A stretch of 64,000 nt of DNA, taken from positions 1,382-65,381 of the forward strand of contig JBIOIZ010000005.1 of the NCBI GenBank assembly GCA_044450385.1, written 5' to 3'. Made by a program: the position numbers and the translations under genes. Numbering within the stretch: the first letter of the stretch is position 1; the number at the start of each line of letters is the position of its first letter. Under the pieces are notes generated by a model. It was not told where the DNA came from and did not search any database. It was given only the letters and a program-made list of their open reading frames with translations. Of this stretch, positions 1-7,383 are shown piece by piece. This stretch comes from Candidatus Dormibacteria bacterium (GTDB lineage Bacteria > Chloroflexota > Dormibacteria > Aeolococcales > Aeolococcaceae).

Positions 1-909
1 ACGAAGGCGTTCACGCAGGCCACCGGGATCCCGGTCAAGCTCGATGACGACAGCACCGGTCCGCTGCTCGCGAAGGTTGCAGCTGAAGCCAACAACCCGC
101 AGTGGGGGCTGCTCTGGGTGGACGGTGACACGGCGTTCGCGTCGCTCGACAAGCAGGGACAGCTGCTCCAGTACGCGCCGCCGATCACGCTGACCACGGT
201 TGGGCAGACTCTCGTCCCCGCCGATCATTCGTACATCCCCATCAGCACGACGGTGATGGCCGCGGTCATCTACAACGCGGCCAAGGTGAGCGCGGTGCCG
301 GCGAGCTACATGGACCTCCTGCAAGCGGCGTACAAAGGCAAGGTCGGGATGAACGATCCGTCCCAGTCGGGGCCGACGTTCCCATTCATCGCCGGCCTCA
401 TGGACCAATTCGGCGGCCAAGCCAATGGCGTGACAGCAGGCGAGAACTTCCTGACCCAGCTCAAGGCGAACGGGCTGCACGTCTATCCGACCAACGGCGA
501 CACGCTCCATGCGCTCGAGACTGGGGCGATCGATTACGGCATGATCCAGAGCTCTGCGGCGACAGGCGAGGCCGTCAAGGCCCCGAAGAGCGCCAGCTTT
601 GACCCGAAAGTCGTATATCTGCCCAATTCGACGCTGTTGCCGGCCGTGATCGGTATCGACAAGCACGCACCGGCGATCGTGCAGGCTGAGGCCAAGAAAT
701 TCGTGCAGTTCGTGCTGTCCGCCCAGGGCCAGGCCGTCATGCAGACCGGCGATCCATCGGGTGACTCCCTGTATTGGCCGGTCGTCCCCGGCGTGAACGC
801 GCTGCCGGCACTCCCCCCGTTCCCGGCGCAGTACCAGAAGCTTGACCCGTATTTCTGGGGCCCCCTGGAGGGCCAGGTGAACTCCTGGTTCGACTCGAAC
901 ATCAAGTAG
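1..909 (+). CDS. ABC transporter substrate-binding protein, Fe3+/thiamine-type (family 1 SBP), 5' end off-window
   Basis: The frame is open from base 1 (TKAFTQATGIPVKLDDDSTGPLLAK...) and runs into the 118..909 ORF. It precedes a permease and an ATPase, and its sequence is periplasmic-SBP-like. Confidence 0.8.
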   Translation, partial: TKAFTQATGIPVKLDDDSTGPLLAKVAAEANNPQWGLLWVDGDTAFASLDKQGQLLQYAPPITLTTVGQTLVPADHSYIPISTTVMAAVIYNAAKVSAVPASYMDLLQAAYKGKVGMNDPSQSGPTFPFIAGLMDQFGGQANGVTAGENFLTQLKANGLHVYPTNGDTLHALETGAIDYGMIQSSAATGEAVKAPKSASFDPKVVYLPNSTLLPAVIGIDKHAPAIVQAEAKKFVQFVLSAQGQAVMQTGDPSGDSLYWPVVPGVNALPALPPFPAQYQKLDPYFWGPLEGQVNSWFDSNIK

Positions 910-918
910 GAACTCGCG

Positions 919-2691
919 TTGGCCGAGATCCTCGCCGGCTCCCCGCCCGCCGGGGCGGGGAGCCGTGGCGACAGGACGTGGATGGCGCTGTCTCGCTTCA
1001 GCGGCGTCCCCCTGCTCATCTTCTGGGTGCTCATCGCCGCAATCCTCGCGGTACCGGTGCTGCTCTTTCTGGCTGTCGCGTTCTCGCCACGGCTGTTTGA
1101 CCAGGGACCTGAGTGGTTCACGTTCTCGGGCTTCTCGCAGGCCTTCTCCGGTCCATTGCTCCGCGGCGTCGTCGACTCCGTCTTTGTCGGGGTGACCAGC
1201 GCGGTCGCGGCCGCCGCGATCGGGTTTGCGGTGGCGTGGGTCGTGGTCCGGACCGATCTCCCGGGACGGCGCCTGTGGACTGGGGTGATGTTCGCCCTCC
1301 TGCTCGCGCCCTCATACCTGATCGCGCTCGGCTGGGAGCGGCTGCTCGAGCCGATGGGCGTCCTTGACGTCGCCGGCCTCCACCCGGGTGGGTTCCGCGA
1401 CCTCTTTTACGGTCCCTTCGGCGTCATCGTGGTGCTGACCGCGAAGGGATTGCCCTTTGCCTACCTCGCGATCTCAGCAGCGCTGCGTGGGCTCGGCGAG
1501 GAGTTCGAATCCGCCGTGCGCGTCCACGGTGGTGGTCCGATCGCCGCGACCCGCGTGGTCGTTGCGCTGATCTCGCCGGCGGTGTGGTCGGCGCTCGCCA
1601 TCGTGTTCGCCGAATCGGTCAGTGACTTCGGAGTCGCCGACACGCTTGCCAACGATGCCCATTTCCCGGTGGCGACCTATTCGCTCTTCAACGCGGTCCA
1701 GGCCTTCCCGATCCAATACTCGGTGGCGGCGGCGGTGGGCTGGGTCCTGCTGGGGCTCATCGCACTGGCATTGCTCACCCAGGGCTGGGCGCTTCGCAGT
1801 CGCAGCTATCGGGTCTTCGGAGGCCGTAGCCGCCCGGCTCGACGCGTGCACGTCACCGGATTCGCGCGAATCGGTGCGGTCGCCGGGATGGCGGCGGTCC
1901 TCCTGGTCGGGATCGGGGTCCCATCGTTCGGAGCGGTCTCAGCATCGCTGATCAACGGGCTCGGCTCGCTGCTCACCAGCCACGGGCTGACCCTCGCCAA
2001 CTACAGCCGCGTGCTCAACAGTCCCGGGCTGCGCGATCCGCTGGTGTACTCGGGTCAGCTCGCCTTCATCGCCGCCACCGTCACCGTGGTTCTGGGCGCG
2101 ATCTCGGCCCGCATCCTTTCGCGGCGGGGCGCGCATCTGAGCGCGCGGCTCCTCGACATGACCCTGCTCACCGCTGTGGCACTCCCCGGGATCGTGTTTG
2201 CGGCAGGCTACATCTTCACCTTCAACCTGCCGATCCTCACCACACTCGGCATCCAGCTCTACGAGACCACCGCGCTGCTGGTGGTCGGCTACATCGCCAC
2301 AGCGTTGCCCCCGACGTCAAGAGTGCTGCTCGGCAGCGTCAGCCAGATCCAGGAGTCGCTGGCTGAGGCCGGCCGCGTTCATGGCAGCGGCGCTCTCGGT
2401 GCGTGGTTGCGCACGGTGCTGCCCGTGCTGGCACGTCCCCTCGTCACCGCGTGGCTGCTGGTGTTCGGGGCTACGCTCCTGGAACTCCCGATGTCCCAGC
2501 TGCTCTATCCGCCAGGGCAACCACCGGTCTCGGTGGCGATCACGAAAGCACTCGCCAACTACGACTTCGCCGGCGGCACCGCGATGGAGGTCGTTGCGGT
2601 CCTCGGCGCCCTTGGGGTGGTCGCAATCGTGTGGACACTGTTCCGCCTCGTCGCTCCGGTGGGATGGCGGCGCCTTGGATCCACCGGATGA
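919..2691 (+). CDS. ABC transporter permease, fused two-domain (FbpB/ThiP-like), 590 aa
   Basis: Polytopic membrane protein sitting between the SBP and the ATPase. Length and two-lobed hydrophobicity fit a duplicated BPD inner-membrane component. Codon 919 is TTG; an ATG at 982 is an alternative start. Confidence 0.8.
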   Translation: MAEILAGSPPAGAGSRGDRTWMALSRFSGVPLLIFWVLIAAILAVPVLLFLAVAFSPRLFDQGPEWFTFSGFSQAFSGPLLRGVVDSVFVGVTSAVAAAAIGFAVAWVVVRTDLPGRRLWTGVMFALLLAPSYLIALGWERLLEPMGVLDVAGLHPGGFRDLFYGPFGVIVVLTAKGLPFAYLAISAALRGLGEEFESAVRVHGGGPIAATRVVVALISPAVWSALAIVFAESVSDFGVADTLANDAHFPVATYSLFNAVQAFPIQYSVAAAVGWVLLGLIALALLTQGWALRSRSYRVFGGRSRPARRVHVTGFARIGAVAGMAAVLLVGIGVPSFGAVSASLINGLGSLLTSHGLTLANYSRVLNSPGLRDPLVYSGQLAFIAATVTVVLGAISARILSRRGAHLSARLLDMTLLTAVALPGIVFAAGYIFTFNLPILTTLGIQLYETTALLVVGYIATALPPTSRVLLGSVSQIQESLAEAGRVHGSGALGAWLRTVLPVLARPLVTAWLLVFGATLLELPMSQLLYPPGQPPVSVAITKALANYDFAGGTAMEVVAVLGALGVVAIVWTLFRLVAPVGWRRLGSTG

Positions 2692-3836
2692 GCGCCATCC
2701 TCGCGTCCGATCTGGCCACAGGCGGCGTGGCGACATCCGGCCACCGTGTTGCGATCAAGGGGGCTGTGAAGCACTTCGGCCGAGCCCGGGGCCTCACCGG
2801 CGTCGACCTCGAGATTCAGCCAGGTCGATTCCTCGTTCTCCTCGGACCCTCCGGCTCGGGGAAGACGACCCTGGCACGCTGCCTCGCCGGGGTCGAGCGC
2901 CTTGACGGCGGCGTGATCCGTCTCGGTGACCGGATCGTGAGCGACGGCAAGCGACATCTCCCACCGGAGCGTCGTGACCTGGCGATGGTGTTCCAGGACT
3001 ACGCGTTGTGGCCACACCTGACCGTGCGCGGCAACGTCAGCTACGCGCTGCGGCGGCGTCACATCACCGGCGCGGAATCCCGGCGGCGCGTTCTCGACGC
3101 CCTCGACCAGGTCGGGCTGGCGCGCCTCGTGGACCGGTATCCGTATCAACTCTCCGGTGGCGAGCAGCAGCGCGTTGCCCTGGCCCGCGCGGTGGTCGCC
3201 CGTCCCGGTCTGCTGCTCTTCGATGAGCCCCTCTCCAATCTGGACGCCGATCTTCGCGAACGCCTACGCGTGCAGATTGCGACCATTGCGCGCGACAGCG
3301 GGGCGACGGTCGTCTACATCACCCACGACCAGTCGGAGGCGTTCGCCCTTGCGGACGAGGTCGCAGTGCTCGATGGAGGACAGCTCGTACAACTGGATCC
3401 GCCGGAGCAGATCTACCGATCTCCCGCAAACCTGTTCGTCGCCCGCTTCACCGGATCCGCGGGCGAGTTCCTCGGCCGGGTGGTCGGCGCCGACGCCAGC
3501 CATGTCAGCGTCCAGATCGAGGATGGATCCGCGCTGCGCGCCCGGCCCGGTGGAACGCTGATGACGGGCGCTCAGGTCCGGGTTCTGGTTCGCCCGGCGG
3601 CAACGCATGTGCTCGTCGAGACATCGAGCACGGATGTCACGCTCAGCGGCAAGGTTGTGGATGTCGCCTATCGTGGTCGCGGCTACGACCACGTGGTCGC
3701 CTGCGCCGGTGGCACCCTGTCGTCTGTGTTCGACCACAACCGGTGGCCCCGAGGCGCCGGGCTCAAGCTTCAACTCGACCCGGAAGGCTGCGTCGCCTAC
3801 CCTGATGAGCCGGGCAGCGATGGATCGCCCGCATGA
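2688..3836 (+). CDS. ABC transporter ATP-binding protein (FbpC/PotA-like, with C-terminal TOBE-like domain)
   Basis: Walker A GPSGSGKTT, signature LSGGEQQRVALARA, Walker B LLLFDEPLSNLD. The ATG at 2688 overlaps the permease stop (ATGA). The ORF-track extension upstream of 2688 was rejected. Confidence 0.85.
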   Translation: MSAILASDLATGGVATSGHRVAIKGAVKHFGRARGLTGVDLEIQPGRFLVLLGPSGSGKTTLARCLAGVERLDGGVIRLGDRIVSDGKRHLPPERRDLAMVFQDYALWPHLTVRGNVSYALRRRHITGAESRRRVLDALDQVGLARLVDRYPYQLSGGEQQRVALARAVVARPGLLLFDEPLSNLDADLRERLRVQIATIARDSGATVVYITHDQSEAFALADEVAVLDGGQLVQLDPPEQIYRSPANLFVARFTGSAGEFLGRVVGADASHVSVQIEDGSALRARPGGTLMTGAQVRVLVRPAATHVLVETSSTDVTLSGKVVDVAYRGRGYDHVVACAGGTLSSVFDHNRWPRGAGLKLQLDPEGCVAYPDEPGSDGSPA

Positions 3837-3912
3837 CACTGATCCCGACAACGCCGCGATCAGCGACCGTGACGTCTGTCAGACCTCGACACGAATAACC
3901 GGAGCAGCGCCG

Positions 3913-4407
3913 ATGAGCATTCTCGTGATCCTCGCCACGTTTATCGCCGCCGCCGTCGAATGGGTCGAGGCGCTCACGATCGTGTTGGCGGTTGGGCTGA
4001 CCCGAGGGTGGCGGAGCGCATTCGCCGGCACCGTCGCCGCAGTGGTGGCCTTGATCGTGCTGGTGGCTGCGTTCGGCCTTGCGATCACGTCGCACGTGTC
4101 CATTGCCGCCGCGCGAACATTCGTGGGGGTCTTCCTCCTGCTCTTCGGCATCAAGTGGCTGCACAAGGCAGTGCTTCGTTCGAGCGGGCTCAAGTCCCTG
4201 CACGACGAGGCAAAGATCTTTGCGGAGACCCAGAAGATGCTGGGAGCAGCACACGTTCGCGCTGCGGGACTCGATCGCGTCGGTGTCACCACGTCGTTCA
4301 GCGGCGTGTTTCATACCATCCGGCTGCGAGGGAGCAACGGGCGAAAGCAACAGGAGGTTGGCCATGTTCAGTCCAAGATCGGCATTCAGCGGTTTCTCGG
4401 TGGATGA
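3913..4407 (+). CDS. hypothetical small membrane protein (about 3 TM)
   Basis: Hydrophobic N-terminus MSILVILATFIAAAVEWVEALTIVLAVGL. The ATG at 3913 is in frame with track ORF 3607..4407. The 3' end overlaps the next gene by 44 nt, so the end is uncertain. Confidence 0.4.
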   Translation: MSILVILATFIAAAVEWVEALTIVLAVGLTRGWRSAFAGTVAAVVALIVLVAAFGLAITSHVSIAAARTFVGVFLLLFGIKWLHKAVLRSSGLKSLHDEAKIFAETQKMLGAAHVRAAGLDRVGVTTSFSGVFHTIRLRGSNGRKQQEVGHVQSKIGIQRFLGG

Positions 4408-4744
4408 CCTGGCAGTCGCGAAGGAGTTCTACGCGGCAACGCTGGGGTTGACGGTGGATCCAGACGGCGTCGGTGCGAGGATCCGTCTGCCCGGCGGTGG
4501 CTCGGTGTTCTTGTATCCAAAGCCAGACCATCAGCCGGCGACCTTCACCGTCCTGAACTTCGAAGTTGAGGACATCGACGCGGCGGTCGAGGACCTCACC
4601 AGCCGAGGCGTGGCTCTCGAACGTTACGAGAACATCCCAGGCATCGACGCCAAGGGCATCATGCGTGGCCGGGAGCGCAATACCGGTCCCGACATCGCAT
4701 GGTTCCTGGACCCTGCTCGCAACGTTCTTGCCGTGATTCACTGA
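4364..4744 (+). CDS. VOC (glyoxalase/bleomycin-resistance) family protein
   Basis: MFSPRSAFSGFSVDDLAVAKEFYAATLGL...FEVEDIDAAVEDL is a typical VOC fold sequence. RBS aggagg lies 7 nt upstream of the ATG at 4364. Confidence 0.7.
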   Translation: MFSPRSAFSGFSVDDLAVAKEFYAATLGLTVDPDGVGARIRLPGGGSVFLYPKPDHQPATFTVLNFEVEDIDAAVEDLTSRGVALERYENIPGIDAKGIMRGRERNTGPDIAWFLDPARNVLAVIH

Positions 4745-4764
4745 GACCGATTCAGGAGTAGAGT

Positions 4765-4785
4765 CCCGCGGCATCGGACCGCGGG
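4765..4785 (+). terminator. GC-rich hairpin (CCCGCGG-N7-CCGCGGG) between VOC gene and next gene; possible intrinsic terminator without U-tract
   Basis: Perfect 7-bp inverted repeat seen directly in the sequence. There is no T-run, which is common in high-GC actinobacteria. Confidence 0.25.
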
Positions 4786-4806
4786 CTCGGAAGGAGGGCG
4801 ATAACC

Positions 4807-5229
4807 ATGGCGGAAGGTGATCCGAAATCGGTGGTGACAGCGATGTTTGCCGCGTGGGATGACGCGGACCTCGACGCTGTCATGGCGCACTACGGTGACG
4901 ACATCGTGGTGCGCGGGCCCGGCGGTATGCGCGCGGAAGGTGCGGTGGCAGCGCGTGAGTTGTTTGGGAACCTCCTCGGTGCGTACGACACCGGGCACCC
5001 GGAGGTGCTGCGACAGTTCGTCGATGGAGACTTTGTGATCACTGAGTATCGCGATGTGAACGAGCACACCGGTCCACTGACGCTGATATCCGGGGAGCAT
5101 GTGGACCCCACCGGGCGAACGGTGACGCAGGAGATGGTCTTCATCCACCACGTCGTCAACGGCAGGATCGTCGAGGAGACTGTCTACTTCGACCGGCACG
5201 CCTTCTTACAGCAGATCGGCCAAGCCTGA
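4807..5229 (+). CDS. SnoaL-like / NTF2-fold protein (ester-cyclase-like)
   Basis: 140 aa. The pattern AMFAAWDDADLDAVMAHYGDDIVV...VFIHHVVNGRIVEETVYFD is typical of the SnoaL_2/NTF2 family. RBS ggaggg upstream. Confidence 0.6.
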   Translation: MAEGDPKSVVTAMFAAWDDADLDAVMAHYGDDIVVRGPGGMRAEGAVAARELFGNLLGAYDTGHPEVLRQFVDGDFVITEYRDVNEHTGPLTLISGEHVDPTGRTVTQEMVFIHHVVNGRIVEETVYFDRHAFLQQIGQA

Positions 5230-5457
5230 CTCTTCGGGATCTGGTGCGTGACCTGTCGCGCGGCGCCCGAGCGGGACGCTCAACCGGCTACCCCCGGCAC
5301 TGCGATCTGGCGACATCCGATCCGCGCACCCGGAATCCGATCAGATCGTCGCAGATCGATGGCGGGGTGAGCAGTGCGCATACACGCCACATAGCCTTCG
5401 ACCAGGCGAATCAGAGGCGGGAATCACGGTGCCGCGATCCGGCACGAGAACGGGGGA

Positions 5458-7245
5458 ATGCCAGGGGTGGCTCCTGTACACGGCATCAGCTGGGACGATC
5501 GCAAACGCCGCACGGTCACGGCGGCGGCGACCGCCGCTGCCCTCATGCTCAGCGCCGGCGCGCTGGCGACGACGGCACACGCCGACACACACCTCGTCTC
5601 CGTGATCGTGCGTGCGCAACCAACCGAGGGCGCCGCCGCAGATCAGCAGATCACTGCACTCGGCGGCCACATCCAGCAGCACATCAGCCTGATCAACGCC
5701 ATCGTCGCGACCGTGCCGGCAAGCTCGGTGCCGGAGCTCGAGGCATCATCCGCCGTCGCACAGGTCACACTGAACGCGCCGGTGCAGCTCCTTGGCTCTT
5801 CGTACGGCCTCCCGAGCAACCCATACAATCCCACCACCGACGTCAACTCCATGTACAACATCGAGCAGATGGACGGGGCCCACGCGTACTGGAACGCGGG
5901 GTACACGGGCCAGGGAGTCGGCGTGGCATTGATCGACTCCGGCGTGACCCCTGTCAACGGGTTGACCACGCAGGGCAAGGTGGTCAACGGTCCCGACCTC
6001 TCGTTCGAATCGCAGGATCCGTCACTGCAGTATCTCGATACCTTCGGTCATGGCACGCACATGGCCGGGATCATCGCGGGGCGCGATGATGCGGTGACGT
6101 CGGTGAGCTCGACCGACACCACGCACTTCCTCGGCATGGCCCCTGATGCGCAGATCGTGAGCATCAAAGTTGCTGATGCGCTGGGGGAGACCGACGTGTC
6201 GCAGGTGCTCGCCGCCATCGACTGGGTGGTGCAGCACCAGAACGACAACGGCATGAACATCCGCGTGCTCAACCTCTCCTACGGTACCGACAGCAACCAG
6301 AGCTACGTCCTCGATCCGCTCGCGTATGCGGCCGAGCAGGCGTGGTTGCACGGCATCGTCGTCGTGGTCGCCGACGGGAACCAGGGCAACTGGTCGAATG
6401 GCCTTGACGACCCGGCGATCGATCCCTACGTCATCGCCGTCGGTGCGGCCAACACCGAGAACACCACCTACGTCCGCTATCACCTGCCTGCAGGCTTCAC
6501 CAGCGAGGGTGACGGCACGCGCAACCCCGATCTCTCCGCTCCCGGCGTCCACGTCGTCTCGCTCCGCGATCCTGGGTCGTTGATCGACGACCAGTTCGGT
6601 GGCAGTGCAACCGTCAGCAATCGCTTCTTCCTCGGGAGCGGCACATCGCAGGCAGCCGCCGTCGTCTCGGGCGCTGCGGCCCTGCTGCTCAGCCAGCGGC
6701 CAAACCTCACGCCTGACCAGGTCAAGGCGCTGCTCGACACCCATGCGCATTCCATGTATGGCCGGACCTCGCTCAAGGGCAGCGGCGAGCTCAACCTCGC
6801 AGCGGTCCTCACCGCGCCGGCGCCGAACGTTGCGCAGGGCTGGCCCACCTCGAACGGCACCGGCAGCCTCGACGCGTCGCGCGGCTCGCGTCACGTGCTT
6901 GACACCAACGGCAATGCGCTCACCGGCGAGCAGGACATCTTCGGCAACAACGTCGACACCACCGCACTGGCCGCGGCCGAAGCGAGCGCCTCCGCCTGGA
7001 ACAGCGGCATCTTCAACGGCTCGTCGTGGTCAGGCTCCTCGTGGTCGGGTTCATCGTGGTCCGGATCGTCCTGGTCTGGGTCGTCGTGGTCGGGATCGTC
7101 CTGGTCCGGAGCGTCCTGGTCAGGTGCCTCCTGGTCCGGCGCCTCATGGTCCGGAGCTTCGTGGTCCGGAGCCTCATGGTCGGGCGCCTCGTGGTCGGGG
7201 GCCTCCTGGTCGGATTCGAGCTGGTCCGACTACGACTGGAGTTAG
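5458..7245 (+). CDS. secreted subtilisin-like serine protease (peptidase S8) with I9 propeptide and C-terminal (S/A)SWSG pentapeptide repeat tail
   Basis: Signal peptide RKRRTVTAAATAAALMLSAGALATTAHA. Catalytic triad motifs DSGV, HGTHMAG and GTSQAAA. C-terminal about 75 aa of SSWSG/ASWSG x17. Confidence 0.9.
   Translation: MPGVAPVHGISWDDRKRRTVTAAATAAALMLSAGALATTAHADTHLVSVIVRAQPTEGAAADQQITALGGHIQQHISLINAIVATVPASSVPELEASSAVAQVTLNAPVQLLGSSYGLPSNPYNPTTDVNSMYNIEQMDGAHAYWNAGYTGQGVGVALIDSGVTPVNGLTTQGKVVNGPDLSFESQDPSLQYLDTFGHGTHMAGIIAGRDDAVTSVSSTDTTHFLGMAPDAQIVSIKVADALGETDVSQVLAAIDWVVQHQNDNGMNIRVLNLSYGTDSNQSYVLDPLAYAAEQAWLHGIVVVVADGNQGNWSNGLDDPAIDPYVIAVGAANTENTTYVRYHLPAGFTSEGDGTRNPDLSAPGVHVVSLRDPGSLIDDQFGGSATVSNRFFLGSGTSQAAAVVSGAAALLLSQRPNLTPDQVKALLDTHAHSMYGRTSLKGSGELNLAAVLTAPAPNVAQGWPTSNGTGSLDASRGSRHVLDTNGNALTGEQDIFGNNVDTTALAAAEASASAWNSGIFNGSSWSGSSWSGSSWSGSSWSGSSWSGSSWSGASWSGASWSGASWSGASWSGASWSGASWSGASWSDSSWSDYDWS
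7021..7242 (+). repeat. tandem 15-nt repeat (about 15-17 copies) encoding (S/A)SWSG units at subtilase C-terminus
   Basis: tcgtcgtggtcaggc / tcctcgtggtcgggt / ... are directly visible. The repeat creates spurious ORFs in both strands (7013..7345-, 7026..7649+). Confidence 0.9.
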
Positions 7246-7383
7246 GTCCGCGACCTTCGCAGCGCAGCTCGGGGGCCTCCGGTCCGCACGGCGATGCCCG
7301 CACCGCCGATAGCCCTGCTACCGCTCGGCAACAGAGCTGGCACAACGACTACAAACCAGCCGGATGTCCCCGAGCATTCGAGC

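Noticed and set aside
534-1121. 195-aa ORF on minus strand
   Set aside because: Antisense to the well-supported SBP and permease genes. Typical high-GC antisense ORF with no motifs.
2403-2687. Upstream extension of ABC ATPase ORF (track start 2403)
   Set aside because: It lies inside the permease coding region. The real start is the ATG at 2688, coupled to the permease stop.
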